DNA of 64,000 nt from an uncultured Planctomycetaceae bacterium. GTDB lineage: Bacteria > Planctomycetota > Planctomycetia > Planctomycetales > Planctomycetaceae. The DNA is taken from positions 1,125,249-1,189,248 of the forward strand of contig CAWFAK010000017.1 in NCBI GenBank assembly GCA_963813715.1. Reading direction: 5' to 3'. Made by a program: the position numbers and the translations under genes. A model generated the notes under the pieces. It was not told where the DNA came from and made no database searches. It saw only the letters and a program-made list of their open reading frames with translations. Numbering within the stretch: position 1 is the first letter of the stretch; every line of letters begins with the position of its first letter. Positions 10,078 to 23,142 of this stretch are shown one piece after another.

Positions 10078-11743
10078 ATGCCCACTCCGACTGAGGCCGC
10101 ACCTCAGCGGCCGGCTGGAACGCCGCGTCTGCTTGATCGCACGCAGCGACTGCTTGCCAGCACCCTGCGGCGGTTGCGCTGGGCCGTCATCACCCGACGG
10201 GCCCTATTCGCCTTCTTCGCGCTGGCTGCCGGTTACTGTGTCGCGGTGTTGGTCGCCCGCTTGACCGGGGCATTTTCGCTGAATGTGCCGTTTTGGACGC
10301 CGGCGGTGCTGCCGTTGGTCGCGCTTGTGCTCGGGGCGATCTGGCCGAATCGGCCCGGCGCGCGATGCGGCGCGGGCCATCGACCGCGGCGCCGGCACCA
10401 ACGATTTGTATCTCACGATGGTCCTGCTCGAGGGCAGCGCCGGCGAATACCAACCGCTGGTGGCGGCCAAGGCCGAATCGCGGGCTGCAACCATCCGCCC
10501 GCGCGAAGTCGCCCCCCTCAAGGTCAATCGGCGATTAACGTCGATTGCCGCGGTGTTGGCTGTCGTGGTCGCGGCCGTTCCCTTCGTGCCGCAGCTCGAT
10601 CCGTTCGGCAAGGTCGCCGCGGCAGAAGAGACGCGAGAGGAACTCCGCCACGTCGAGGAGAGCAAGCAGGCGACTAAGGAGCGGCTGGCCAAGATCGAGC
10701 GCGAGAACCTCTCGAACGAAGAGGCCAAAGAAGTCCAGCAAGCGCTCGAGCAGCTGAAAGCCGCGATGAAAGCCACACAGGTTAAGGCTCGGCAAGCCAA
10801 CGGCAAGCTGATCGCCGGCGCTCAGAAAACCGTTGCCGGCGAGTGGCGGAAGATCAGCTCGGAGAAACTCAACGACCTCTTCGCCAAATCAGCCGCCAAC
10901 GCGGGGCAGGAAATGGGGGCCGGCTCTTCCGCGCTCTCGAAAAAATGGTTGGAGGATCTGCAGTCCGGCTCGACCGAATCGATCAAGAAGGAGCTCGCGG
11001 CCGTGCAGCGCGATCTCGAAGAGCTGGCCAAGACCAAGGACCCGGCCAGAAAGGCTGAGCTCACCCAAAAGCTCCGCGAACGGCTCGACGCCCTCTCGCA
11101 GTTTGCCAACGAGCAGTCGGGATCCAAGCCGCTCGCGGCGGCCCTCAAGCGGACCCAGGAACAAATGCGGATGGCGGCCAAAGCTGGCCAGTCTGGCGAT
11201 GCGCAAGATCCGGCCACTGAAGAGGCGCTCAAGGCCGCCGCCGAATCAGCCAAGCTGGCCGACAAGGAGCTCGAGCAGATCGCGCAGTCGGCTAAGGACC
11301 TCAACGAATTGGAAAAGGCGTTGAGCGTGCTGCAGAAAGCCAAACAACTCAACAACTCCGACTTGCTCGACGGCTCGAAAATGGACGGCCTGCAGTCGAT
11401 GTCCGACTATGAAGCCATGTACGACAAGATGATGAAAGGTGCCCAGCCGGATATGGGCGAATTCGGCGACGGCGGTCCGGCCGAAGAAAACGACTCCAAG
11501 AAATCGGGGTTCAAGACGGAGCTGTCGAAGTCGCAGATCGCCAAGGGGAAAGTGCTGCTCACCCTCAAGACCAAGGGCATGGGCGATCCGGCCGAGGTCA
11601 AGGAGCAGTATCGAACGGCCGTCCGCGACGTCAAACAAAACCTCAGCGAAGCCATTCTCCGCGAAGAAATCCCGCCCGGATACCACGAAGGCATCAAGGG
11701 CTACTTCGACTCGATCGACGAAACGCCCGCTCCGGGCAAATAA
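10078..11743 (+). CDS. Membrane-anchored coiled-coil hypothetical protein (DUF4175-like, MoxR-operon associated); frameshift ~10360
   Basis: Three N-terminal TM segments across two frames, long E/K/Q/A coiled coil, C-terminal REEIPPGYHEGIKGYF motif typical of MoxR/vWA operon partners. Confidence 0.7.
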
Positions 11744-11752
11744 CGAACCGGC

Positions 11753-12815
11753 ATGCCAAACAAGAAACGGACCGCAGTAGCGGCTGCCGGCATCATTCTG
11801 GCGGGCGCCCTGGTCAGCTTCGCCGTCTGGCCCCGCATGTTTGAAGCGGGCACGCCGGTGGTCAACGTCTACTGCGCGCACGACGCGATTTTTGCCGACG
11901 CCATCTTCGACGAGTTCACGCGCCAAACAGGGATCAAGGTCGCCATCACCTACGACACGGAAGCGACGAAGTCGTTGTCATTGGTCGATCGGCTCAAGCG
12001 CGAACGCGAGCATCCGCAGTGCGACGTGTTCTGGAACAACGAGCAGGTCGGCACGATGGACCTGGCCGGCCAAGACGTGCTGGCTACGTACAAGGGAAGC
12101 GGTTACGGACGAATTCCCGCTCTCTACAAAGACGCCGACGGCCGCTGGACCGGGTTCGCGGCACGAATGCGGGTCTGGATCGTGAACACCAAAGCGATGC
12201 CGCCCGACCGCGAGAAGGTCGAAACGTTTTTCAAAAATCATCCCGAACATTGCCGCAATGGCCAATCCGCTGTACGGGACGACGCTGACCCAGTTCAGCA
12301 TCCTGTGGCAGCTGCGCGGGCCCAAGCACGTGAAGAGCTGGCGGGCCGACCTGCGCCAGCGGGGTCTGCGCGAGATGGCGGGCAACGCGCCGGTCAAGGA
12401 CGCCGTAGCGGAAGGCGTCTGCGAAGTCGGCTGGACCGACACCGACGACTTTTTCGAGGCGCTCGACGACAAGAAGCCGGTCGCGATGCTTCCCCTCTTT
12501 GTGTCGGACGGCAAAGCGACGGGCGCCGAGTCGAAGTACACAATCATCGTGCCGAATACGGTCGGCCTGATCCAAAATTGCCCGCACCAGAGCGAGGCCC
12601 AGCGGCTCGTCGACTTTTTGCTCTCCGCCGAGACCGAGCTCGCGTTGGCCCGGTCGAAGTCGCGGCAGATCCCCCTCGGACCCGTCGACAGCCAGAAGAT
12701 CCCGCCAGAGGTCCGCGAGCTGGCCCAGTCGGTGCCACAAGGCTACGACCTGCGTAAGCTCGAGATGCCGCGGCGCGAGTGTATCGACTGGCTCAAGTCG
12801 GAGTCGCGGCGATGA
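11753..12815 (+). CDS. ABC transporter substrate-binding protein, AfuA/FutA (Fe3+-type) family; frameshift ~12245
   Basis: N-terminal hydrophobic anchor; VYCAHD..FTRQTGIKV, CDVFWNNE, WTGFAARMRV, MANPLYGTT, GWTDTDD, IVPNTVGLI, AQRLVDFLLS. Confidence 0.85.
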
Positions 12816-14322
12816 GCCTGGCCGCGGTCTGCGCCTGGTCGTTTTTGCGGAGCGCAGCGGTCGCCCTCTTCGCAGCGCTCCTCTCCCAGCCTCTTGCCAA
12901 CGTGCTTGTCGCCTCGAAGGCGCCGCTCGCCACCGGGAGCGGAATTAACGGACGGGAACGAACGCGTCGACGGGCGGCGTTGCTCGGCCGAGGCGTTCTT
13001 TGGGGGTTGCTGCTGGCTCCGTTTCTCGTTCCGCCGCTCTTGGTCGGCTACGCGTATTACCGACCGGCGCTGATGCTGGTGCACTATCCACGGACGACCG
13101 AGGCCATTTATTGGGCCGTGCTTTTTTTGCGATTCTTCGCCGCGGCAGTACTGATTCGTGTCTTCGCGCCGCCGTCGCCGCTGTCGGCCGAAGCCATTCA
13201 CTGCCAGCGGCTGTTGCGCCCTCGCAACAAAGCCCGGCTGCGGCGCTGGGCCGCGGACGTTTTCACCTGGTTGCGCGGTCCCGGCCAGCCTTCAATTGCG
13301 GCGTTCGCCGTAATCTTTCTGTCGGCCTTTCAAGAGTTTGAAATCGCCGCGCTGATGGGAATCACCGCCGGCGACGTGCAATCACCGGCCAGCTGGACTG
13401 TTTGGCTCTTCAATTGGCAGGCGGGTGGCGCGCCCCTCTCTGAATCGCTCACCTTCGCCATGACTCCGCTCTTCTACGAATTGGTGGTGATCGTGCCGGT
13501 GCTGATTCTGCTCGGCTCGTGGATGTCGTCACCCTGGCGCGTGGAACGTGAAGCGGACGGCAGCGTGAGGGCGCGCGTCGCGAGCGAGATCTTCTTGATC
13601 GCCGCCACGCTGGTGATCGCCAGCGGACCGAGCTTGATTGTCTTCCGCGGCGCTCTGCGCGGGCTGCAAAGCCGGGCCGCGACGGGCCCTTTGTTACCCG
13701 AAATCGGCATCGCCGCGGCCATCGCGTCGACAGCGGTGCTGTTGATCGGCATTTTGTGTGCGGCCGCTCTGGGCCTTACGCCGCGACGGCTGCGGGGCGC
13801 AATCGTCTCGTTACTCTGCCTGCCCGGCGCGCTCGGTTCCCTGGTGTTGAGCATGGGCGTGCTGTGGCTCTTCCAACAGCCGGGGCTGCAGTCGTTATCG
13901 CAATCGCTGGTGCCGGTCGTGCTGGCCATTGCTTTCGTCCTGCTACCGCGCTCGCTCATCCTGACGGCCATGCTGGGCTCGAGTCGCCGCGCCCAGGCCG
14001 CCCACTGGCGCGGATGCTCGCACAATCGCCTTCGGCTCCACAGCGGCGTGCGGCGGCCCGGTTAATCGACGAGTTGGAAGTCCGCCGTTTCTTCTGGGCA
14101 GCGGTGCTCGTTTGGTATTGGGCCTACTGGGAGCTGACCGCGCCGTCGATCCTGGCTCCGCCGGCCGCGACGCCTTTTGTCGTGCGGATGTACAACTTCA
14201 TGCACTACCGACAGGACGATCCGCTGTCGGTGATGATCGTGGCGTCGATCCTCGTCCCGCTGGCCGCCATTGCCCTTCTGGCGGCCGCGCGGCGGTTCGT
14301 CGTACGCTGGGTGCTGCAATGA
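12812..14322 (+). CDS. ABC transporter permease (FbpB/ThiP-like, divergent); frameshift ~14005
   Basis: Multiple TM helices, PFLVPPLLVGY, FQEFE, ELTAPSILAPP..TPFVVRMYNFMHY; ATGA overlap with the binding-protein gene. Confidence 0.75.
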
Positions 14323-14398
14323 ATTGTTGCCACCGCATTCGACGTAGCACCAAGAAAAACTCGAAGGCTGCAGCGAACCCGGGGGCGCGGCGTCGGAC

Positions 14399-15320
14399 AT
14401 GAGCGATCGACTGTGGCATCTGGAAGACGTCCGCGTCGAGGGCTGGTCCCGCCCTCGGCTCGACGTTCCGGACCTCGACATCCCTCGCGGCATCACGGCC
14501 GTCCTGGGCATCTCCGGAGCCGGCAAAACGACGCTGCTCAACCTGCTCTGCGGCTTTGCCCGCCCCGATCACGGCCGCGTCGAATCCTTCATCGACCGAA
14601 ATAATTGCCGCCTGCCGTTGTTTTGGGTGCCGCAGAATGACGGCTTGTGGCCGCACCGAACGGCCCGCGCCCATCTCGCGCAAGTGGAAAATGGCGCAGC
14701 CTCGGCCGGCCCTCGACTGGTTGGCCGATTTCAATCTCGAAGAGCATGCCGAGAAAACGCCCGAACAACTATCGCACGGCGAGCGAAATCGACTGGCCAT
14801 CGCGCGGGCCCTTGCCAGCGGTGCCGCCGTGCTCGTCCTCGATGAACCGATGGCCCACGTCGATCCGGCGCATCGGCGACTACTGGTCGGTGATCCGCGA
14901 TTGGTGCCGGAAGTCGGGCACGTCGCTGATTATCGCCACGCACTCGCCAGAGGTCGCACTCTCCGAGGCCGAGCACGCGATCTGCCTTCGCGACGGACGC
15001 GTGATTTCCAGCGGCCCGATGCGCGACCTCTATCATGCGCCCGCGCACGCCGAAGAGGCCGCCCTGCTCGGCCCGGTCAATTGGCTTTCGCCGGCCGACC
15101 TACGGCAATGGCTCGGCGACAACGGCCGACACCGATGCCTGCTTTCGTCCCGAGCAGATCGTCGTCAGCGCCGTCGCCGGATGGTCCTTTCGTCGTCGAG
15201 GACTCGCGGTTCGCCGGTTCGTTTGGCGAAGTGACCCTCTCCGACCCGCGGACGACTTCCAAACGTCGATTCTTTCATCGCCCGGCCGGTCCGCGGCTCG
15301 AGCGCCGGCCAGCGCGTCGC
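14399..15320 (+). CDS. ABC transporter ATP-binding protein with TOBE-like C-terminal region; several frameshifts, probably continuous with the NHL domain
   Basis: Walker [10 protein letters not shown], signature LSHGE, Walker B VLVLDEP, H-loop IATH, LLGPVN, distributed over three frames. Confidence 0.8.
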
Positions 15321-15321
15321 C

Positions 15322-16227
15322 TTGCGATTGATTGTTGCGCTCTGTATGTGCTTCTTCGCGGCAGCCTGCGACAAGCGCGACCAGCCGCTGCTCAAGGTGC
15401 GCGAAGTTCATTACTGGCCCGTTCCGCCGCAAGGCTCGCGGTTTCCCGCTCCCCGCAGCGTCACCTGCGGGCCGAACCACGAAAACTACGTGCTGGACCG
15501 CGGCGGTCGCGTCCTCGTCTACGGCGAAACGGGGTCGCTGCTCCGCCAATGGGATATGCCCGATGCCCACAACGGCAATCCCGAGGGAGCCTGTGTCTTT
15601 CTCGATGGGCGAATCGCCGTGGCCGACACCCACTACAGCCGCGTTGTCTTCTTCAATCACGATGGCAAGGTCGTAGGCATGCTCGGCAGCGCCGGACAAA
15701 GTCCGTCGCAATTCATCTTTCCCGTCTGCGTAACACAGGACCCGCACGGAAACTTCTACGTCGGCGAGTACGGCGGCAACGATCGCGTGCAGAAGTTCTC
15801 GGTCGACGGCAAATTCCTGCTGCAAATCGGCCGCTGCGGGTCCGGTCCCGGCGAGTTCGAGCGGGCCAGCGGCGTGGTGTGGCGCGACGGCCTGCTCTAT
15901 ATCGCCGACTCCTTCAACAACCGCATTCAAATCTTCTCCGACACGGGTGAATTTCGCTCGGTCTTCGGACAGCCCGGCGAGACGGTCGAAATGGGGTACC
16001 CCTACGCGCTGGCCCTCGGCCCACAGGACGACCTGTTCGTGATCGAGTATTCGACGGCACGCGTCTCGCGGTTCGATCTGAAATCTGGACGGCTCCTCGG
16101 CCGCTTCGGTAGCCCAGGACGGGGCGAGGGGCAGTTCGCCACCCCCTGGGGCATCGACGTCGATCCCAAAGGAACGATTCTCGTCGCCGACACCGATAAT
16201 CGGCGGATTGTGGAGCTGTTGCGATGA
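15322..16227 (+). CDS. NHL-repeat beta-propeller (6-bladed) domain, likely C-terminal part of the ABC ATPase gene
   Basis: Repeats IAVADTHYSRVVFF, FYVGEYGGNDRVQKF, LYIADSFNNRIQIF, GEGQFATPWGIDVD..ILVADTDNRRI; preceded by hydrophobic stretch LIVALCMCFFAAAC. Confidence 0.85.
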   Translation: MRLIVALCMCFFAAACDKRDQPLLKVREVHYWPVPPQGSRFPAPRSVTCGPNHENYVLDRGGRVLVYGETGSLLRQWDMPDAHNGNPEGACVFLDGRIAVADTHYSRVVFFNHDGKVVGMLGSAGQSPSQFIFPVCVTQDPHGNFYVGEYGGNDRVQKFSVDGKFLLQIGRCGSGPGEFERASGVVWRDGLLYIADSFNNRIQIFSDTGEFRSVFGQPGETVEMGYPYALALGPQDDLFVIEYSTARVSRFDLKSGRLLGRFGSPGRGEGQFATPWGIDVDPKGTILVADTDNRRIVELLR

Positions 16228-19200
16228 AGCGGCTCCGCCGAGTGCTCCGGTCCGTCTTTCCGCCTCCGCGGCGGCCGGTGACGCTGCGCCAGGTGCTGCT
16301 GCTCGTGCTGTTTTTCGCCGTCTATTTCGGTACGTGCGCGGCTCTCGTGTTCACGCACAAGGTGCTGTTCGTGCGGCCCGTCGAATGTTCGTGCTGATGG
16401 CCGTCTGCGTCTGGATCTGGTGGATGTACGTGGCCGGCTATTCGGGACTTCCCGGACGCCGCGCGGGTATTGCGTTTCTCGTCCGTGCGATCTTGGTCGG
16501 CGTTTTTTGCCTGGCGCTGGCCGAGCCGCGGGCCGTGCGGACGAGCGACCTGCTCTCGGTGGTTTACGCGATCGACCTGTCGGATTCGATCGGCGAAGGC
16601 TCGACCGAGACCGCGCTGCAGTTTATGGCTACGACCGTGAACCAAAAGCCGGAACGCGATCAGGCCGGGCTCGTCGTCTTCGGGCGGAACGCAGCCGCCG
16701 AGCTGCCGCCCCGCCAGGCATTTCCCTTCGATTCGGGCTCGGTCTCGATCAATTCGCACGTCGACCGGGGCGCGACGAACATCGAGCAGGCGCTCTCCTT
16801 GTCGGCCGCCATGTTGCCGGAAGAGAACGCCGGACGGATCGTGCTTGTCTCCGATGGAGCAGCGACCGAAGGCAGCCTGACGCGAATTCTCGACGATCTC
16901 AAATCGCGAGACATCGCCGTCGACGTCTTGCCGGTGCAGTACGACTACTCGCGTGAAGTCTGGCTCGAGCGGCTCGATCTGCCCCGTTTCGTAAAGCTCG
17001 GCGACAACTATGAAGCGGTGATCGTGCTGTCGAGCTTGCAGAACGGTTCGGGCCGTCTCGTCGTCCGCGAGCAGGGGCGCGTGATCTCGGAGCAGTCGGT
17101 CGACTTCCGCGCGGGCAAGAACCGTTACGTCGTTCCCATCAAGCTGCGCGAGCCGGGATACTACGAATACTCGGCCACGATCGAAACGCCGAACGGCGCC
17201 GACCACCTCAAGCAGAACAACACCGTCCTCAACTACCTCTATGTGAAGGGGGAGGGACGCGTGATGGTCGTGCGCGATTCGGCCGGCAAGAAAGAGGACT
17301 GGCGCCGCTGGTGGCCGCACTCAAGGCCGAGCAGCGGCTGGTCGACGTGTTCACGGCCGAACAATTCCCCCGCGACGCCCTGTCGCTGATGCCTTACGAC
17401 GCGGTGATCTTCGTGAATGTCGCGGCCGACGCTTTCGATCCGGTCCAGTTCAAGGCGGTCCACGACGCGGTTCGCGACTTGGGTGTCGGCTTTCTGATGG
17501 TCGGAGGCCGCAACAGTTTTGGGCCCGGCGGCTACAACAAGACACCGATCGAGGATGTGCTCCCCGTCAGCATGGACATCACCAAGAAGAAGGTGTTGCC
17601 CAAGGGGGCGCTGGTCATCGTGCTGCACACGTGCGAATTCCCGGAAGGAAACACGTACGCCAAGCGCGTGACCAAGGAAGCCATCCGCGTTCTCGGCTCG
17701 CAGGACGAGGCCGGCGTGTTGGCCTTCATGCAGGGCGATTCGTCCTGGGTCTTCGAGCTGACGCCCGTCAGCCAGTACGACGCGATGGTCCGCAAGATCA
17801 ACGCCGCGACGCCCGGTGACATGCTGGCGTTTCAGCCGATCATGGAAGCCGGCTACACCGCGCTCGCGAAAAGCGACGCGGCCGCCAAGCACATGATCGT
17901 CATCTCCGACGGCGATCCGCAGCCGCCGACTCCCCAATTGCTGAAAGACTTCAAGGCCAAGGACATCACGATCTCGACGGTGTCGATCTTCCCCCACGGC
18001 GGGGTCGAAGTCGGCACGCTGCAGGCAATGGCCAACCTCACTGGCGGCCGGTACTACACCACCACCGACCCGGATCAGCTCCCCTCGATCTTCATCAAGG
18101 AGGCCAAGTCGCTCAAACGCTCGATGGTGCAGAATAAAACGTTCACGCCCGAAGTCGGATTCCCCTCTCCCATTCTCAAAGGGTTGGGCGGCCTGCCTCC
18201 GTTGCACGGCTACGTGCTGACGACTCCCAAGGAGCGGCTGACCGAGTTGATTCTTGAGGCCCACTTGCCTGACGACGATTCGCTCGACCCCGTGCTCGCC
18301 CGCTGGAAATTCGGCCTGGGCACGACGGCCGCCTTCACCTCCGACCTCTCGAGCAACTGGGGCGCCGATTGGGTCGGCTGGGAGGGCTATCGGGCCTTCG
18401 TCAAACAACTGATGACCGACATCGCCCGCGTGCAGGATGAGGAGCACTTGCGGCTGTGGGCCTATTCCTCAGGCACGCAGGGTGTGATCGTGGCCGAGGA
18501 CTTCCATCCGCAGAACATGTTCCTCGAAATGCAGGCGCAAGTCTCCGGGCCGCAGGACAAGTCGGAAGCGATCCAACTGCGGCAGATCGCGCCGCGGCGT
18601 TACCAGGCGACGTTCCCGCTCTGGGGACCGGGCCGCTACCAGGTGATGGCGATCGGCAAATCGGGCGATCGCACGGCCCGCGCGCAAGGGGGCTTTATCG
18701 TCTCCTACTCGCCCGAGTACCTGCGGTTCCGCTCCAATCCGATGGTCCTCGACGAGATCGCCGAAAAGACCGGCGGCAAGGTGCTCAAGAAAGACGCGAC
18801 GGCCGACGACATTTACCGCTCTCGCCGGCAGCCCAAGCGCAGCTCGCGGCCGATTTTCGACTGGTTCCTGGTGGCGCTGGCCTGCCTGCTGCCGCTCGAC
18901 GTGGCTTTTCGCCGAATCCAGATCGATCGGAATTCGTTCGCGACCCTTCTCGGGACTCGGTCGACGCAAGACGGAATCGACCGCCACGATGGGGACGCTG
19001 TTGTCCCGCAAGCAAACGCTCAAGAAAGCCTTCGACGCCCAGCGCTTGCCGGTGCCCGGTCCGCTCCGCACGCCGAGCGGATCCGCAGCCGGCGGCTCCC
19101 TGGCGGGACCGCCGCGCCGCCCAAAGCCGGGCCTCCCAAACCCGAACCAAAACCGGCCGAGCCCAAGAAGCCGGGCGACGAATCGACGACCGGTCGGTTG

Positions 19201-19251
19201 CTGGAAATGAAACGCAAACGTCAGCAAGACGGAAAAGAGGGAAAACCGTGA
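16224..19251 (+). CDS. Membrane vWA-domain protein with class I glutamine-amidotransferase-like middle domain; about 4 frameshifts
   Basis: MIDAS DLSDS, TNIEQAL, IVLVSDG; GGRNSFGPGGY..TPIEDVLPV; second vWA HMIVISDGD; SYSPEY and C-terminal TM; ATGA overlap with upstream gene. Confidence 0.85.
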
Positions 19252-20281
19252 GCACAAATCTGCGCGAGACCCAGTCGACCGAAGAGTTTCAGGTGCTGCA
19301 GGCCGAGGCGGACGACTTTGCCGCGATGTTCAACGCGGCCCGCACCGGAAGTTGGGCACGTGATCGTCGGCCAGGAACGGGTGGTCGAAGAAACGCTCAC
19401 GGCCATCTTCTGCGGCGGCAATGTGCTGCTCGAGGGTGTGCCGGGGCTCGGCAAGACCGAGCTGGTGAAGGCCCTGTCGCGCGTGCTCGACCTCGACTTC
19501 CGCCGCATTCAGTTCACACCCGACTTGATGCCGGCCGACATCATCGGCACGCGGATCATGACCACCAATGCCGACGGGCGCTACGAATTCGAGTTCCGTC
19601 CAGGGCCGATCTTCACCCAGCTCTTGCTGGCCGACGAAATCAACCGCGCCACGCCTAAGACCCAGTCGGCCCTGTTGGAAACGATGCAAGAGGGTTCGGT
19701 CACGACGGCCGGCACGATCTACCAACTCAAGCAGCCGTTCTTCGTGATGGCGACGCAGAACCCGATCGAGCAGGAAGGAACCTACCCGCTGCCCGAAGCG
19801 CAGCTCGACCGCTTTCTGTTCAAGGTCGAAGTGCCGTTTCTCAATCGCAGCGAGCTCAACGACGTTGTGATGCGAACGATCCTCAAGCGGCCGACAGAGC
19901 CGAAGAAACTGCTCGACTCCGACCGAATTCTCGGACTGCGGAAGGTGCTCGACAAAGTGGTGGTCGCCGACCCGATCCGGGATTACGCCGTGCGGCTCGT
20001 GCTCTCGACGCATCCGGGAACCGACTTCGCCACCGACGAAATCCGCAAGTACGTCCGCTGGGGCGCCAGTCCGCGGGCCGCGCAAGTCCCTGATCCGTGC
20101 CGCACGCGTGCGGGCCTTGAGCCAGGGCCGCGCGCACGCCGGCTTCGACGACGTGCGGCATTTCGCCGCCAGCGTGCTGCAGCACCGCGTGCTGCTCAAT
20201 TACGACGGCCAGGCGGAAAACATGACCACGCCGACGCTCATTCGTCAATGCGTCGAGCGACTCTCGGAGGAGCAGGTGTAG
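19248..20281 (+). CDS. moxR: MoxR family AAA+ ATPase; frameshifts ~19340 and ~20088
   Basis: LLEGVPGLGKT, RIQFTPDLMPADIIG, LLADEINRATPKTQSALLE, ATQNPIEQEGTYPLPEAQLDRF, GASPRA, VLQHR. Confidence 0.93.
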
Positions 20282-20352
20282 CCGCGCCCGGGACGAACGC
20301 TCACTAGGCGGGCGGGAAAGACTGAATCAAAGAGATCGTTGAGAAGATTCCG

Positions 20353-21255
20353 ATGGCCGACGAAGCCGTCAAACAATTCACCACGCTACTCGATAACTCC
20401 ATCCTCGGCCGGCTGGAGCGGATGCGGATTGCGTCGCGGCGGCGGCTCACCAACCGTGCGCACGGCGAACACCTCTCCGGCAAAGGCGGGACGAGCATCG
20501 AATTCTCCGACTTCCGCGATTACGTCGCGGGGGACGACCTGCGATTCGTCGACTGGAACATCTTCTCGCGGCTCAACCGGCCCGTACGTGAAGCAGTACC
20601 GCTACGAAGAGCAGATGTGCATCGTGATCATTATCGACGCCTCGACCTCGATGGCGTTTGACGGCAAAGTTCCAGCGAGCGTGCCAGCTGGCCGGTGCGT
20701 TTGCGCTGATGGGCCTCTTCTCGCTCGAGCCAGTGAGCATTTATGCCTGTGGGCCAAGTGGCAGCGAGCCCGCGCTTTGTCCTCCGTGCACGGGGCGGGT
20801 CAGCCGCGCGCGGGTCTTCACGTTCCTCGAAGGACTCAAAGCAGCGGGCGATTCGTCCATCGAGTCGGCCGTCGAAGCCGTGTTGCGGCGGCACCGCGGG
20901 CGGGGCATGGCCATCGTCCTGTCGGATTTTCTGACGTTCGGCGCGCTGGGCCGGCCGTTCAATCTGCTGTTTAGCCGGGCTCGAAGTTTGTGCGATCCAG
21001 ATCCTGAGCCCGGCCGAGATCGATCCCGAGCTGACCGGCGACCTGCGGTTCGTCGACAGCGAGACCGATCAAACGCTCGACATCTCGAACGTCGGCGAGT
21101 TGCTGTCGGTGTATCACGACCGCCGCCGCGAGCTCGAGCGTGAGCTGGACGAGCACTGTCGCCGGCGGCGCGGGCGGTTTCTGACGACGCGGTCCGACGA
21201 TCCGATCGAGTGGCTCCTGTTCGACCGGCTGCGGCGGCAAGGCTGGGTGCGATGA
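20353..21255 (+). CDS. DUF58 domain protein (MoxR partner); about 3 frameshifts
   Basis: GEHLSGKGGTSIEFSDFRDYVAGDDLRFVDWN, IDASTSM, IVLSDF, FVDSET. Confidence 0.88.
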
Positions 21256-23142
21256 ACTGGCTGGGCTTCTTTTCGCTCGGCAGCGCGTGGCTGGCACTTT
21301 TGCTGGTGCCGCTGGTGCTCGTTTATTTCCTCAAGCTCCGCCGCCCGCGGCAGTCGGTTTCATCGCTCGCGCTCTGGTACCAGGTGATCAACGACCAGCG
21401 GGTCAATTCGCCGTTTCAGAAATTCAAGCGGAATTTGTTGCTGTTGCTGCAGGTGCTGGTGCTCGTCTGCCTGGTGTTGGCCGCCATGCAGCCCTTCTTG
21501 CCGCGGGCGAGCGTGCGGGCCCAGTATCAGCCCATTCTGATCGACTGCTCGGCCAGCATGGGAGCGCTCGACGCCCCCGGAGGGCGAGCGACGGTTGGAC
21601 GCGGCGAAGAAACAGGTCCTGACGATCGATCGACAATCTCCTCCCCGATCAGCGGGTCTCGCTCGTGGCCTTCGGCTCGACGGCCCGGCGGCTCACCGAT
21701 TTCACCGACAACAAAACGATCCTGAAGGACGCGCTTGCAAAACTGGATGTCGTCCCCGTCCCCAGCCACACGGTCGACGCGCTGCGGATGACCCAGGCCC
21801 TCGCACACACGGTGCCGATCGAGCGCGTGCTGATGGTCACAGACGGCAACGTTCCCGCTGACGCCGACTTCGAGCTGCCGTTCGACCTGGTCTACCAACA
21901 GATTCCCTCCCGGCGGCCCGAACCTGGGAATCACCGCGTTCAACGCCCGTCGCTCGGCGGCCGATCAATGGGAAGTCTTTGTCGGGGTCGAAGGCTCGGA
22001 GACGGCCAGCCAGGCGAGCGGCAAGCTCGAGCTGTTTCGCGACGGCGTCTCCGTCGGCACCGAGCCCGTGCTGCTTGTGCCCGGCCACACCAAGCGGGTC
22101 GTCTTCCGTCTCGAGTCGCCGGCCGCATCGAGCCTCGAGGCTCGCCTGACGCCCGACGGCTTCGACTCGCTCGAATCCGATAACTCGGCCTACCTGCAAC
22201 TGCCGAAGAGCCGACCTCTGTCGGTCTTCGTCCCCTCCGAAATGACGTCGTTCCGCCGGGCTTTCCGCGTCCAAAAGGGTATCGAACTCGTCGACGAAGC
22301 GGCCGCGCGGTCGGGAACCGCCTTCGACGTCGTCGTCAGCAATCGCCCGGAAGACGTGAAGCTGGAGGGGTCCGCCGCGCTCTTTGTCGGTTTTGTGCCC
22401 AAAGATCTCGCCAAGCTCGTCAGCATCGGCAAGGGCTCGATCGACGTGGTCGACTGGGAGCGGAGCAGCCCGCTGCTGGCACACGTGGTGCTCTCCGAAG
22501 TGACGGGCGTCGAGCAGCCGAAAGTCGGCCGAAGGCGTTCGCGACGGCGACTTTGAAAAACTCGGCTACACGGTGCTGGCTTCCGGCCGGACGGGTCCGC
22601 TTCTACTGGAGCGCCGCATCGGAGCGCGAGTCGAATATTATTTGCTGTTCGACGTGGACCGCTCGACGCTCCCGTTCCGCGTCGGATTTCCCATCCTGGC
22701 GGCCAACTTGTTGGAAATCGGCCGGCTTCAGGCTGGCCTGGCGGAAGTCCGCGGCAGTCGGACGGGCGTACTGCCGCCGCTGCAACTGAAGCCGAAGACC
22801 ACTTACCGCGTCGCCGGCCCGCAAGGAAGTGCCGTCGACGTCGTCACCAGCGAATCGGGCGTCCTCAACGGCGTGTCCGCACTGGCCATCGGACAATATC
22901 GGGTCACGGAGGGCGGCGCAGAAGCCGCGCACGTCGGCATCAGCCTGCTCGACTCGATGGAGACTTCGCTCGTCGCGGTCAAGCAACTGCGCTTCAAAGA
23001 GGATCAAGAGGTGGCTGCGACGAACGATCGCATCGATGCGGACCGCCCGCTGTGGCCGACCTTCGCTCTGGCCGGCCTCGGAGTGCTGCTCGTCGAGTGG
23101 TGGTATTTTCAGCGCCGTCCGGGAGGCTGGCCCTCGACATGA
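21252..23142 (+). CDS. BatA N-terminal + vWA domain protein; about 4 frameshifts
   Basis: LVLVYFLKLRRPR..VSSLALW, LLLLLQ..LAAMQP (BatA), IDCSASM (MIDAS), MVTDG, DN, C-terminal LW..LLVEWWYF. Confidence 0.85.
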
